Assembly: GCA_023511475.1 (NCBI GenBank)
Contig: JAIMBM010000001.1
Span: 1-40,257, forward strand
DNA length: 40,257 nt
Direction: 5' to 3'
Source: Anaerolineae bacterium
GTDB lineage: Bacteria > Chloroflexota > Anaerolineae > SpSt-313
Shown: positions 26,606-36,423 of the stretch, one piece after another
Position numbering within the stretch: the first letter of the stretch is position 1
Layout of the letters: each line of letters begins with the position of its first letter
The notes under the pieces: generated by a model
What the model saw: the letters and a program-made list of their open reading frames with translations, nothing else
What the model was told of the DNA's origin: nothing
Databases searched by the model: none
Translations under genes and position numbers: made by a program

Positions 26606-27967
26606 ATGTCCTATGTTCCGCATACCGACGCAGACCGGCGGGAGATGCTGGCCGCGATAGGCGTGGGCTCCGTCGAGGAGCTGTTCGCGGTCGTGCCGGA
26701 GTCGGTGCGATTCCCCGAGCTGGAGCTGCCGGAACCCCTTTCGGAGGCCGAGGTGCTGGAGGAGCTCCGGGTGCTGAGCGACTCGAACGCAGACCTCGAT
26801 CACCTGGCTTGCTTCCTCGGGGCTGGCGCCTATCGCCATTATATCCCCAGCGTTGTGCAGCACGTGATCGGGCGTTCCGAGTTCTACACGGCCTACACGC
26901 CCTACCAGCCGGAGATCAGTCAGGGCACGCTGCAGACGATCTTTGAGTACCAGAGCATGATCTGTGGCCTGACGGGCATGGACGTCTCGAACGCCTCGCA
27001 CTATGACGGGGCTACGGCCATGGCCGAGGCGGTGATCATGGCCATAAGCGTGGGCCGCGGCAAGCGGCGCAAGGCGGTCGTCGCGCCTGCGGTGCACCCG
27101 CAGTACCGGGAGGTGGTGAGGACCTACACTCAGGGCATGGGCGTTCAGGTCGTCGGAGACGAGGACCTGACGGCCGACATCGGCCGGTTGGCAGAGCGGA
27201 TAGATGGCGATACAGCCTGCGTTATCGTGCAGGTGCCTGACTTTTTCGGCGGGCTTGATTCACCGGAGACGCTTTCGGCCCTGGCCGATGCAGCCCATCG
27301 GGCAGGGGCGCTGTTTGTGGTGTCGGTTGACCCCATCTCGTTGGGGCTGCTCAAGCCGCCGTCAGAGTATGGGGTGGACATTGTCGTGGGTGAGGGGCAG
27401 TCCCTCGGGCTCCCACCGAGCTTTGGGGGACCCTATTTGGGGTTCTTCGCCTGTCGTGAGGAGTACGTGAGGCGAATGGCCGGGCGGCTGGTCGGTGAGA
27501 CGGTCGATAGCCAGGGCCGCCGCAGCTACGTGCTCACGCTGGCCACCCGGGAGCAGCACATCCGGCGCGAGCGCGCCACCTCCAACATCTGCACCAATGA
27601 GGCGCTGTGCGCGCTGGCGGCGTCCGTGTATCTGGCGGCGCTGGGGCCACGGGGTCTGCGGCAGGTGGCGGAGCTGTGCTACCACAGGTCGCACTATGCG
27701 GCGAACCGGATCGCGCAGGTGCCGGGCTTTGCGGTCCTCGACAACCGCCCGTTCTTCAAAGAGTTCGTGGTTCGCTGCCCGATCCCTGTGGAGGAGATCA
27801 ACGCCGAGCTGATGGAGTGGGATATCCTCGGGGGCTACGACCTCGGCCGCGACTATCCGCATCTCGCGGGGCACATGCTCCTCTGTGTGACAGAGCTCAA
27901 CACCCGAGCCCAGATCGACGACCTGGTGATGGCGTTGCGCATCATCGGTGAGGGAGGCGGGGAGTGA
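26606..27967 (+). CDS. gcvPA: Glycine dehydrogenase (aminomethyl-transferring) subunit 1
   Basis: [25 protein letters not shown] and [14 protein letters not shown] motifs. Starts directly after the gcvH stop. Confidence 0.95.
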   Translation: MSYVPHTDADRREMLAAIGVGSVEELFAVVPESVRFPELELPEPLSEAEVLEELRVLSDSNADLDHLACFLGAGAYRHYIPSVVQHVIGRSEFYTAYTPYQPEISQGTLQTIFEYQSMICGLTGMDVSNASHYDGATAMAEAVIMAISVGRGKRRKAVVAPAVHPQYREVVRTYTQGMGVQVVGDEDLTADIGRLAERIDGDTACVIVQVPDFFGGLDSPETLSALADAAHRAGALFVVSVDPISLGLLKPPSEYGVDIVVGEGQSLGLPPSFGGPYLGFFACREEYVRRMAGRLVGETVDSQGRRSYVLTLATREQHIRRERATSNICTNEALCALAASVYLAALGPRGLRQVAELCYHRSHYAANRIAQVPGFAVLDNRPFFKEFVVRCPIPVEEINAELMEWDILGGYDLGRDYPHLAGHMLLCVTELNTRAQIDDLVMALRIIGEGGGE

Positions 27968-29457
27968 CCGAGAAACTCATCTATGAGCTCAGCCGGCCGG
28001 GCAGATGCGCCTGCTTCCTGCCCAGGACCGATGTTCCGCCAGTGGAGCTGCCGTCGGAGTGGGTGCGTGAAGAGGCACCGCTTCTCCCCGAGGTCAGCGA
28101 GGTCGATCTCGTGCGGCACTATGTGCGGCTATCGCAGCTCAACTATGGGGTCGATACAGGCTTTTACCCGCTGGGTTCCTGCACCATGAAGTATAACCCC
28201 AAGGTCAACGAGGAGGCCTGTCGGCTGCCTGGCTTTGCGCAGACGCATCCGCTGCAGCCCGAAGACACAGTGCAGGGCAACCTGAAGCTGATGTACGAGC
28301 TGCAGTGCTATCTCCGGGAGATCAGCGGATTCGCTGCGGTCAGCCTGCAACCCGCCGCTGGGGCGCACGGCGAGCTCGCAGGGATCCTGATCATGCGCGC
28401 GTACCATCTGGATCGGGGCGATACGGGCCGGTCTCGCATCCTGATTCCCGATTCTGCGCATGGGACCAACCCCGCGAGCACGACGATGAGCGGGCTCGAG
28501 GTTGTGCAGCTCAAGTCGGATTCGAGGGGGAACGTCGATCTCGACGACCTGCGGGCCAATCTGGATGACCGCGTCATCGGCATGATGCTCACGAACCCGA
28601 ACACGTTGGGGCTGTTCGACGAGCATCTGGAGGAGGTTGCGCGCCTCGTGCACGGGGCGGGCGGCCTGATGTATGGCGACGGAGCGAACCTGAACGCGCT
28701 GATGGGCATCGCCAAACCGGCGGCACTGGGCTTTGACGTCATGCACTTCAATCTGCACAAGACTTTCTCGACGCCGCACGGGGGCGGCGGTCCGGGCTCG
28801 GGCCCGGTGGGCGTCACGCAAGAGTTGGCGAGGTTCCTGCCGGGCCCCGTCGTGGTACGGGTTCTCGACGAGGAGGCCTGCACGTGCAGGCCGGACGATG
28901 AGCACGACGAGTTCTGTTACCGCTATGAGCTGTCTCAGCCGGGTTCGTCCATCGGGCGGCTGAAGGCGTTCCACGGCAACTTTGGGGTGATGGTGCGGGC
29001 TTACACCTATATCCGCATGTTGGGGTCGGCGGGGCTTCGGCAGGCCAGCGAGGATGCTGTGCTCAACGCCAACTACCTGCAGGCCCGGCTCAAAAGAGTC
29101 TATCCGGTTCCCTATGAACGGCCCTGCATGCACGAGTTTGTGCTCGAGGGGCGACTTGCGGATGCACCGGGCATTCGGGCGCTGGATATCTCCAAGCGCC
29201 TCATGGACTTTGGGATGCATCCGCCGACGAACTATTTCCCGCTGATCGTGCACGAGGCTCTGATGATCGAGCCGACCGAGACGGAGAGCAAGGAGACGCT
29301 CGATGCGTTCGTGGATGCGATGACGCGCATTGCGGAGGAGGCGCGAACGCAGCCCGAGCTACTGCGCGATGCACCCCATACGACGCCCGTTGGGCGGCTG
29401 GACGAGGTCCGTGCAGCACGCGAGCCGCGTCTGCGATGGAAGCCGCCGGCGGCCTGA
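27964..29457 (+). CDS. gcvPB: Glycine dehydrogenase (aminomethyl-transferring) subunit 2 (PLP-binding)
   Basis: [10 protein letters not shown] and the PLP-lysine context [20 protein letters not shown] overlap with gcvPA. Confidence 0.95.
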   Translation: MTEKLIYELSRPGRCACFLPRTDVPPVELPSEWVREEAPLLPEVSEVDLVRHYVRLSQLNYGVDTGFYPLGSCTMKYNPKVNEEACRLPGFAQTHPLQPEDTVQGNLKLMYELQCYLREISGFAAVSLQPAAGAHGELAGILIMRAYHLDRGDTGRSRILIPDSAHGTNPASTTMSGLEVVQLKSDSRGNVDLDDLRANLDDRVIGMMLTNPNTLGLFDEHLEEVARLVHGAGGLMYGDGANLNALMGIAKPAALGFDVMHFNLHKTFSTPHGGGGPGSGPVGVTQELARFLPGPVVVRVLDEEACTCRPDDEHDEFCYRYELSQPGSSIGRLKAFHGNFGVMVRAYTYIRMLGSAGLRQASEDAVLNANYLQARLKRVYPVPYERPCMHEFVLEGRLADAPGIRALDISKRLMDFGMHPPTNYFPLIVHEALMIEPTETESKETLDAFVDAMTRIAEEARTQPELLRDAPHTTPVGRLDEVRAAREPRLRWKPPAA

Positions 29458-29570
29458 GACCAGGCTGGTCGGCTCAGCAGGCACGCGCAAGGGTCCGGCT
29501 GCCGTACAGCTGGCGGCCGGACCCTGCTGTGTGTGCAGGGCGTGGGGGCGTTCGCCTGGTGGGCCCCGGC

Positions 29571-29599
29571 TTGTGCCGCTGCGTGAGCCGGGCTAGAAT
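29571..29599 (+). promoter_or_regulatory. Candidate promoter, TTGTGC-17 nt-TAGAAT
   Basis: -35 at 29571-29576 and -10 at 29594-29599, ~35 nt upstream of the mobB ATG. Confidence 0.45.
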
Positions 29600-29633
29600 G
29601 GGCTGGACTTGTGACAGGAGTGGAGCAGGGGAG

Positions 29634-30143
29634 ATGTCTTCGGTACCGGTGGTGTCGGTGGTGGGGCGCTCGAACGTGGGCAAGACGACGCTGCTGGAGA
29701 GCCTGATTGTCGAGCTGAAGCGACGGGGCTACCGGGTGGCGACGGTCAAGCACGATGTGCACGGCTTTGAGATGGACCGCCCGGGAAAGGATAGCTGGCG
29801 GCATGCGCAGGCGGGGAGTGACCTGGTGGCCATTATCTCGCCGCAGCGGTTCGCCATGATCGGGCGGACAGATGGGGAGATTGCGCTGGACCAGCTGGTC
29901 GAGCACCTGCCGGTGTCGGTAGACATTGTGTTGACAGAAGGCTACAAGCGGGGGGACAAGCCCAAGATCGAGGTCTCGCGGGCTGCATGTGGGCGGGAGC
30001 TCCTGTGCAGTGCGGAGGAGTTGCTGGCGCTGGTGACGGACGAGCCGTATCCGGGGATGCCGGTACCGCAGTTTGGCCTGGACGAGGTAGGGGCGCTGGC
30101 AGACTTGCTGGAGGTTCGTCTTCTGGAACGCCCCTTCGCATAG
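29634..30143 (+). CDS. mobB: Molybdopterin-guanine dinucleotide biosynthesis adapter protein MobB
   Basis: VVSVVGRSNVGKTTLLE P-loop, VATVKHDVHGFEMDRPGKDSWRH and EGYK motifs. The ATG at 29634 lies downstream of the candidate promoter. The track ORF start at 29436 overlaps gcvPB. Confidence 0.85.
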   Translation: MSSVPVVSVVGRSNVGKTTLLESLIVELKRRGYRVATVKHDVHGFEMDRPGKDSWRHAQAGSDLVAIISPQRFAMIGRTDGEIALDQLVEHLPVSVDIVLTEGYKRGDKPKIEVSRAACGRELLCSAEELLALVTDEPYPGMPVPQFGLDEVGALADLLEVRLLERPFA

Positions 30144-30258
30144 TCACGGCGGCCAACCAAGCACCGCGCCCTTCTTTTGCTCCAGAAGGACTGTAGGCTA
30201 TGCGAAGGGCGCGGCGGACGAAACATGCTCGTCATCGTTGCGGGCACGACGGCCCAGG

Positions 30259-31125
30259 CTAGGGGAGATACTTGCCGATCAGGAGGGCAAGCTGCTCCTT
30301 GCGCGCCGGAGGGATGGCCGCAGGATCCGTTATGATGGAGTTCTCCAGGGCGTGGGGGCAGGGGCAGGTGCGCTCCCGGACGATCCGCTGCACGGCGCTC
30401 CGGATGATGGCCTGGGCCGTCTGCACGTTCTGCTGCAGGTTGCGCACGACCACCTCTACCGTCACCGGCTCCTCGCTGACCTTCCACACGTCATAGTCGG
30501 TGACCATGGCCAGCGTCGCATAGCAGATCTCGGCCTCGCGCGCCAGCTTGGCCTCCGGCAGGGCCGTCATCCCAATGATGTCCATGCCCCACTGCCGGTA
30601 CACCTCCGACTCGCCCCGAGTCGAGAACTGCGGCCCCTCGATGACCACAAAGGTGCCGCCACGGTGCACGCGAACGCCCTGGTCCCGCGCCGTCTCGTAC
30701 AAGACGGCGCTGAGGTCAGGACAGAACGGGTCCGCGAAGCCAATGTGTGCCACAACCCCCTCGCCAAAGAAGGTTGCCGGCCTGATTCCCTTAGTGCGGT
30801 CGAAAAGCTGATCGGGGATCACCACATCGAGTGGCGCGATCTCCTCCCGGAGGGAGCCACACGCGCTTACCGAGATGATGCGCTCGACCCCCAGGGACTT
30901 GAGCGCATAGATATTGGCCCGCGAGGGCACCTCGGAGGGTGAGTGCCGGTGCCCACGGCCGTGGCGCGGTAGAAAGGCCACGCTCTCGCCAGCCAGCCTG
31001 CCAAGCACAATCGCGTCGCTCGGTGGTCCGAAGGGCGTTTCGAGACTGACCTCCTCGATGTCGGTGACGCCCTCCATCCTGTAGAGGCCGGTGCCGCCAA
31101 TCACGGCGATGCGAGCGCTGGGCAT
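30259..31125 (-). CDS. mtnP: S-methyl-5'-thioadenosine phosphorylase
   Basis: IAVIGGTGLY, FLPRHGRGH, ISVSACGSL, GPQFSTRGES and IGMTALPEAKLAREAE motifs. CCAGGAGGTG RBS. Confidence 0.9.
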   Translation of the reverse strand: MPSARIAVIGGTGLYRMEGVTDIEEVSLETPFGPPSDAIVLGRLAGESVAFLPRHGRGHRHSPSEVPSRANIYALKSLGVERIISVSACGSLREEIAPLDVVIPDQLFDRTKGIRPATFFGEGVVAHIGFADPFCPDLSAVLYETARDQGVRVHRGGTFVVIEGPQFSTRGESEVYRQWGMDIIGMTALPEAKLAREAEICYATLAMVTDYDVWKVSEEPVTVEVVVRNLQQNVQTAQAIIRSAVQRIVRERTCPCPHALENSIITDPAAIPPARKEQLALLIGKYLP

Positions 31126-31261
31126 GTTGTCACCTCCTGGAGCCTGGGCTGGCTGTGCCTGTCCCTCGGCACCCTGGCCGAGCGACAGGCAGCGGCAGAT
31201 GCGCGTGATCTGCGCAACGGAAGGTGGTCCCTGCTCCGGCTGTCCGGAGCAGGTCGCAGCA

Positions 31262-31296
31262 CGTCAAAAGGGCGCAGGTCTCCACGGACCTGCGCC
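31262..31296 (-). terminator. Rho-independent terminator of ssrA
   Basis: 10-bp stem ggcgcaggtc / gacctgcgcc with a 6-nt loop, followed on the minus strand by CTTTTGA. It starts 3 nt after the tmRNA 3' end. Confidence 0.75.
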
Positions 31297-31299
31297 CGA

Positions 31300-31718
31300 G
31301 GTGGAGATGGCGGGAATCGAACCCGCGTCCAGAAAGTTCGACCAGCGATGTACTACAAGCTTAGTCGGCGTTTTGGATCTCACCCTCCCGGACCTCCACC
31401 GACCGAGTTCCCGGAGGGCCAGCCGATCCCGCCGGCTCATCGCCTGCGGCTTGAGCCCGCCTATCGGCGTCGACAGGCCGCACCCTGCTGTGCCTGGCGC
31501 CCGTCCCCGAGCCAGCGGGGTGCACCCGGGGCGGGCGTGATCACGCTAGGTGATCGGGCGCCGTCTGCGCCCTAGCCGCCGCTTAGGCAGCCATGGCGTA
31601 GGCGTACGCCGGAGTCTGTGCTCTGTTGGCACTTGTCGTTTTGCCCCTGATTTGCGAGGTTGGGGCACCTCGGCTTGCAATCGCGGGCCAGCCCTCCCTG
31701 TCGAGACCTGTCATCCCC
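31300..31718 (-). ncRNA. ssrA: Transfer-messenger RNA (one-piece tmRNA)
   Basis: The minus strand starts GGGGAUGACAGGUCUCGACAGGG and ends GGACGCGGGUUCGAUUCCCGCCAUCUCCACC. The acceptor stem GGGGAUG/CAUCUCC has the G3:U wobble. An internal tag frame at 31630-31586 reads ANRAQTPAYAYAMAA, followed by UAA (31585-31583). Only CC of the CCA end is encoded. Confidence 0.92.
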
Positions 31719-31726
31719 GCACACAC

Positions 31727-31755
31727 ATTATACCACGGGTGGGGGGTGCTGTCCA
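31727..31755 (-). promoter_or_regulatory. ssrA promoter, TGGACA-17 nt-(TGg)TATAAT
   Basis: Read on the minus strand, -35 is at 31755-31750 and the consensus -10 TATAAT at 31732-31727, preceded by TGg. The mature tmRNA 5' end is 8 nt downstream. Confidence 0.65.
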
Positions 31756-31834
31756 GAATCAGCGACCTTTTGGGATGTAGTTCATTCGGCGGGCAAGGTC
31801 ATTTGTGCTGCTGCCAGGGCCCGCACCCCCATGA

Positions 31835-31878
31835 CCCCCTTGCCCAAGTCGATATGCGGACCGACTTGGGCAAGGGGG
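31835..31878 (-). terminator. Strong hairpin downstream of the tad operon (terminator candidate without a U-tract)
   Basis: Perfect 17-bp stem cccccttgcccaagtcg / cgacttgggcaaggggg with a 10-nt loop, 22 nt after the cpaF stop. Confidence 0.45.
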
Positions 31879-31900
31879 CCGCCCGCCTTGAGGCGTACAG

Positions 31901-33247
31901 CTAGCGCTGCAGCGTATACCCAAAGGTCTCCGGCCCGAGGTCGATGCCGACAGAGCGGATACGGTCGTAGAACTTGGGGCGGACGCCGGTAGGCTCCAGC
32001 GAGCCGACGATCCGCCCATCGCGCATGCCCTGCTCCTTGAAGACGAAGATGTCCTGCAGGAGTATGGTGTCTCCTTCCATGCCAGATACCTCCGACACCT
32101 GCACCACCTTGCGCGAGCCGTCGCGAAGGCGCTGCACGTGCACGATGAGGTTGATCGCCGACGCGATCTGCTCGCGGATGGCCCGCAGGGGCAGGTCCAT
32201 CCCTGCCATGAGGACCATCGTCTCCAGGCGGCGCAGCGTATCCCGCGGGCTGTTGGAGTGGGCCGTGGTCAGTGAACCATCGTGGCCGGTGTTCATCGCC
32301 TGTAGCATGTCCAGTGCCTCGCCGCCACGCACCTCACCAACGACGATGCGGTCCGGGCGCATGCGCAGGCCGTTGATCACGAGCTGCCGGATCGTGATCT
32401 GGCCCTTTCCCTCCAGGTTGGGCGGCCGCGCCTCGAGGGTGACGACGTGCTCCTGCCGCAACTGCAGCTCGGCCGCATCCTCAATGGTGATGATACGCTC
32501 GTCCGCGGGCAGGAAGGAGGACAAGACGTTCAGAAGGGTCGTCTTCCCCGCGCCCGTGCCACCGGAGATGACGATGTTCAGACGCGCCCGCACACAGGCC
32601 CGGATAAAGTCCAGGAACTCGCTGGTGCACGTGCCGACGCGAACCAGGTCATCGACGCCGAGAGGTACGCGGTAGAACTTGCGCACCGTCAAGGCGGGGC
32701 CGACCAGTGACAACGGCGGAATGATCGCGTTGATTCGCGAGCCATCGGGGAGGCGCGCGTCGACCATGGGTGACGCCTCATCGATGCGCCGGCCAAGCGG
32801 CGCGACGATGCGCTCGATGATGCGCAGGAGGTGGGCCTCATTGTCGAAGGTCAGTGCCGTGCGCTCAATCTTGCCGTTGCGCTCTATGTAGACCTGGTCG
32901 GGACCGTTGACCATGATCTCGGTGATGGTGTCATCGCGCAGCAACCGGTCGAGAGGCCCATAGCCCAGGATCTCGGCGATGGCGCGCTCGAGCAGCTCCT
33001 CGCGCTCGCTGCGGCCGAGGACAACGCCCTGTTCGCGCACGACCTCGGTGCACACGTCCGCAATCTTGCGTCGGATCATCTCGCTGTCGGAGAGGTCTTC
33101 ATCCGAGCGGAGTGAGGCGACAACCCGGTCCCGGACCAACGTCACGAGCTGTCGATGGGTGTCGGGCGCGATGCGGCCAGCAGGCGCTATCTCAGGAGCC
33201 GAGGGTTCTGCCGCAGCTGCGGGAATGCGTGTGCCTCGTATCAGCAT
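31901..33247 (-). CDS. cpaF: Tad pilus secretion ATPase (CpaF/TadA family)
   Basis: Walker A ISGGTGAGKTTLLN, ERIITIEDAAEL, RMRPDRIVVGEVRG and GHDGSLTTAHSNS motifs. Confidence 0.9.
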   Translation of the reverse strand: MLIRGTRIPAAAAEPSAPEIAPAGRIAPDTHRQLVTLVRDRVVASLRSDEDLSDSEMIRRKIADVCTEVVREQGVVLGRSEREELLERAIAEILGYGPLDRLLRDDTITEIMVNGPDQVYIERNGKIERTALTFDNEAHLLRIIERIVAPLGRRIDEASPMVDARLPDGSRINAIIPPLSLVGPALTVRKFYRVPLGVDDLVRVGTCTSEFLDFIRACVRARLNIVISGGTGAGKTTLLNVLSSFLPADERIITIEDAAELQLRQEHVVTLEARPPNLEGKGQITIRQLVINGLRMRPDRIVVGEVRGGEALDMLQAMNTGHDGSLTTAHSNSPRDTLRRLETMVLMAGMDLPLRAIREQIASAINLIVHVQRLRDGSRKVVQVSEVSGMEGDTILLQDIFVFKEQGMRDGRIVGSLEPTGVRPKFYDRIRSVGIDLGPETFGYTLQR

Positions 33248-33311
33248 GCTTGCTCATTCCTCGCCTCGTAATGCTTTGGGCACCGAGCTTGTCAGCTTCC
33301 CGCCATGTGGC

Positions 33312-34235
33312 CTATCGCAAGGCCAATGTCTCGACGATGGCCGGCAGGGCGGGCCCGAGGATCACCGCCAGAGTGGCCGGCATGATGAAAAAGACCATGG
33401 GAAAGAGCATCTTGAGCGGCGCCGCGCGGGCGAGCTCTTGCGCACGCTGACGCCGCCGCACCCGGAGCTGCTCCGCCTGGGCGTGCAAGGTATCCGATAT
33501 GCTGAAGCCAAGCTGGTCCGCCTGCAGCAGCACCGCTACCAGCGAGGACAGATCCGGCACGTCCGTCCGGTACACCAGATTCTGCATCGCCTCTCGCCAG
33601 CTTGCGCCCACGCCGATCTCCATGACGGCCCGATGGAACTCGCGGGCAAGGGCATGATCCCAGCTCTGGGCGATGCGCAGGAAGGCGCTCTCGAGACCGA
33701 GGCCCGCATCGACGCACACTGTGAGCATGTCCAGCGCATCCGGGAGCGCGAGGGTCATGGCCTTGCGGCGCTGCGCCATACGTCGACGGAGGAGGAACCT
33801 CGGCAACTGGTAAGAGAGCAGGGCACCCGCTGCAGCTATCGGAAGGAGCCGCGGCAGCGGCGCGTCCGACCTCAGGAGCAGGCTGGCAATGAGGGTCGTC
33901 CCTGCAAGGGCTGTGAGCAGGCAGAGGCCGAGAAAGTCCAGCGGGGTGAGACCAAGGGGCGAGCCGGCAATGAGTAGATCGCGCCGCAACCTCTCCAGGT
34001 TCGTCTTGGGCGAGAGGTTGCCAAGCCAGCGCAGCACGCGGTTGACGAGCGGCTGGAGCACGCGCTCGGCAAAGGGTGTACGGAGCTCCAGCGTTGGCGC
34101 GAGAAGGTCGCCTGCGAGCAAGAGCTCGGCACGGCGCACGGTGCGGTGCTGCTCATGCTCAATGCGTATGGCGATCCAGATCACCCCAAAGGCCAGGGCC
34201 GCGACGACCGCCACGAGGGCCGCGATCTGCGTCAC
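33312..34235 (-). CDS. tadC: Type II secretion system F-family inner-membrane protein (TadC-like by order)
   Basis: GspF/T2SSF-like layout: N-terminal TM, a cytoplasmic helical domain (LPDALDMLTVCVDAGLGLESAFLRIA) and C-terminal TMs. GTG start after GAAGGAGG. Confidence 0.75.
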   Translation of the reverse strand: MTQIAALVAVVAALAFGVIWIAIRIEHEQHRTVRRAELLLAGDLLAPTLELRTPFAERVLQPLVNRVLRWLGNLSPKTNLERLRRDLLIAGSPLGLTPLDFLGLCLLTALAGTTLIASLLLRSDAPLPRLLPIAAAGALLSYQLPRFLLRRRMAQRRKAMTLALPDALDMLTVCVDAGLGLESAFLRIAQSWDHALAREFHRAVMEIGVGASWREAMQNLVYRTDVPDLSSLVAVLLQADQLGFSISDTLHAQAEQLRVRRRQRAQELARAAPLKMLFPMVFFIMPATLAVILGPALPAIVETLALR

Positions 34236-34250
34236 CGGTCGTGACCTCCT

Positions 34251-35204
34251 TCATACCTCGATGCGAGTGAGCCTCTGAGCTAGCACGAACCCGACTAACT
34301 CCAGGAGCAGGGCAACGATCGGGATGATCACCCACGGAGGCTGGAACATGCCCATCATGTACCTCGGACTCATGATCGAGAGCATGACCCCCAGAAAGAT
34401 CGGCAGCGCAACCAGCAGGTAACAGGTGAGACGCTGCTGGGTCGTGAGGACGCGGACCTCGCCATTCAGCCGTATGCGCTCGCGGATCGTCTCCGCGATC
34501 TTTTCCAGGATGTCGGAGAGGTTGCCGCCGACCTCGTGGCTGATGTTGATCGCCGTGACCATCAGCTGGAGATCGTCTGTCTCCATACGTCGCACCAGGT
34601 TCCCGAGCGCTTCAGACTGGGAGAGGCCAAAGCCGATCTCACGCACGACCCGGGCGAACTCTTCCGAGGCCGGCGGGCCCAGCTCCCTGCTGGCCAACTC
34701 CAGAGCGTTGAGGAGGCCATGCCCGCTGCGGAGCGATCCCACCATGAGGACCAGCACGTCGACCAGTTGGGCCTGGAAGGCGGCCAGGCGCCTTCGGCGC
34801 CTGCGCTCTAGCAGCAGCCAGGGAACCGCAAGGCCAAGGAGCAGCCCGGCAGCGAAGGAAAGCGCATGCCCGCCCAGCGCATAGCCAAGGACGCCACCGG
34901 CCAGGCCCGTAGCCAGCATGGTGGCAAGGAACTCGGTCACGGTGAGGCGCAGGTTGCTCTGTGCCAGCGACAGTGCCATGCGCCTGGCAATCTCCTGGCC
35001 CGCCAGCGCCCGGTCGAGGGCGGCCATCAACCGCTGGAGCGGCCTTTGACCTTCTGAGGGCTGCTGTCTGCGACTGCCGGCCGCCGCGTAGGCCTGTAGC
35101 CGGGCCGCTATCGTCGGCGACGGGCCGGCCACGAGATGAATTCCCCGAAAGACCGCAAGGATCGACAGGGCGCTGGCAGCACCAGCGATCAGAGCGGTAT
35201 CCAT
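34251..35204 (-). CDS. tadB: Type II secretion system F-family inner-membrane protein (TadB-like by order)
   Basis: QLVDVLVLMVGSLRSGHGLLNALE...GFGLSQSEAL T2SSF motif region. The ATG at 35204 follows GGGGAGGTG and lies 1 nt after the tadZ stop. The longer track ORF overlaps tadZ. Confidence 0.75.
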   Translation of the reverse strand: MDTALIAGAASALSILAVFRGIHLVAGPSPTIAARLQAYAAAGSRRQQPSEGQRPLQRLMAALDRALAGQEIARRMALSLAQSNLRLTVTEFLATMLATGLAGGVLGYALGGHALSFAAGLLLGLAVPWLLLERRRRRRLAAFQAQLVDVLVLMVGSLRSGHGLLNALELASRELGPPASEEFARVVREIGFGLSQSEALGNLVRRMETDDLQLMVTAINISHEVGGNLSDILEKIAETIRERIRLNGEVRVLTTQQRLTCYLLVALPIFLGVMLSIMSPRYMMGMFQPPWVIIPIVALLLELVGFVLAQRLTRIEV

Positions 35205-35205
35205 G

Positions 35206-36423
35206 TCAACACCTCCCCGAGCACAGTGCCGGTTCGCGCGGGGCTTTGAGGCTGCGCCCGGGCATGGCCTCCGCGAGGCCCGCCGAGATGGCAGCGACAT
35301 GGCGCGCAACCGGGCTGCGGGCATGGCTCAGCACGAACGGAAGGCCCCGGTTGGCGCTGTAGGTGACGAGCCGCACATCGTCCGGCACGGTGTGGGTCAC
35401 TTTGGCTCCAAGCACGCTTTCGATAGCGGGGCGATCCAGCCCACCCGGCAGCGGGTAGCGGTTCAGGATCAGGAGGATACGCTCTGGGGGCAGACCCACC
35501 GCCTTCGCCTGCTCGAGAAACAGGCCCACGCCTCGCAGGGCCGCAAGCTCGGGGGTGAACACGAGCAAGACGACGTCGGCAAGCTCCACCGATACGGCCA
35601 CCCACTCGGCGATCCCGCTGGCGGCATCTACGACGACGAACGGTCGCAGCCGACGGAGCGTGAGCAGTGTCCTGCGCAGCCCGCGGTGCCCATCGTTGCG
35701 ACTCCGGCCGCTTGGCAGCAGCAGAACCTCCAGCCCGCTCTCGTGGGGTGTCAGGAATGAGGTGATGTCGTCCGGATCCAGCTCCTCCAATCTCTCGGCG
35801 AGCACCGTGCCATCCTGTGCCGGGTGGAGGTTGAGCAGCACATCCGCTGTTGCCGTGCGAGCACCGGCATCCACCAGTACCGTCTGGACACCGCCTTGCC
35901 AGCACAGGGACGCGGCGCAGTTGACGGCGATGGTGCTGGCGCCGACGCCTCCTTTGCTGCCACACACGGCGATGATCTTGCCCATGCTCTCGCCGCGCAG
36001 GTCGAGCGCTGCCTCGATGCGGGCCGCCAACTCGGCTGGATCAGGCGGCTTCACCAGGTAGTCAAAGGCACCAGCCCGGAGGCTGGCCACTCTTCCGCTC
36101 ACACCGGCGTCGTCTCCCAGCACGATGATCGGGGTCGAGGTGGCATCGGCACTCCCGCTCAGAAGCCTGCAGAACTCGGCACCGGTCATATCGGGCAGGT
36201 CCAGGTCCACAAGAATGGCATCCGGCAGCAGCATGCGCCTTGCCGACAGGCCCTCCCAGCCTGTGCGAACAGCCTCGATATCCCACCATGTCGGGTCCAG
36301 GGCACTGCGGATGCTGGCGTCGGTGCACTCGTCACCGACGACAAGCACTCGCCTGCGAAGGGGCCGGGAGGCACCGGGTGTGCCGGTTGACCTCCCGTCG
36401 CCTGGTGAGGGACGGCTCGTCAT
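35206..36423 (-). CDS. cpaE: TadZ/CpaE-like pilus assembly protein: N-terminal receiver (REC) domain plus ParA/MinD-type ATPase
   Basis: REC-like VLVVGDE...AILVDLDLPDMTG...PIIVLG...AFDYLVKP. Deviant Walker A IIAVCGSKGGVGAST. The ATG at 36423 forms an ATGA overlap with the cpaB stop; 36438 is the alternative start. Confidence 0.8.
   Translation of the reverse strand: MTSRPSPGDGRSTGTPGASRPLRRRVLVVGDECTDASIRSALDPTWWDIEAVRTGWEGLSARRMLLPDAILVDLDLPDMTGAEFCRLLSGSADATSTPIIVLGDDAGVSGRVASLRAGAFDYLVKPPDPAELAARIEAALDLRGESMGKIIAVCGSKGGVGASTIAVNCAASLCWQGGVQTVLVDAGARTATADVLLNLHPAQDGTVLAERLEELDPDDITSFLTPHESGLEVLLLPSGRSRNDGHRGLRRTLLTLRRLRPFVVVDAASGIAEWVAVSVELADVVLLVFTPELAALRGVGLFLEQAKAVGLPPERILLILNRYPLPGGLDRPAIESVLGAKVTHTVPDDVRLVTYSANRGLPFVLSHARSPVARHVAAISAGLAEAMPGRSLKAPREPALCSGRC

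Noticed and set aside
30164-30214. 11-bp inverted repeat between convergent mobB and mtnP as a terminator
   Set aside because: The loop is ~29 nt and no U-tract follows on either strand. The right arm can pair alternatively with the mobB 3' end (cccttcgcatag / ctatgcgaaggg). It is too ambiguous to call.
31126-31299. Integrase, att site or island scar next to ssrA
   Set aside because: There is no ORF with integrase motifs on either side of ssrA, and I could see no duplicated copy of the tmRNA 3' end. The region holds only the terminator, a second 9-bp hairpin (31231-31252) and the mtnP RBS.
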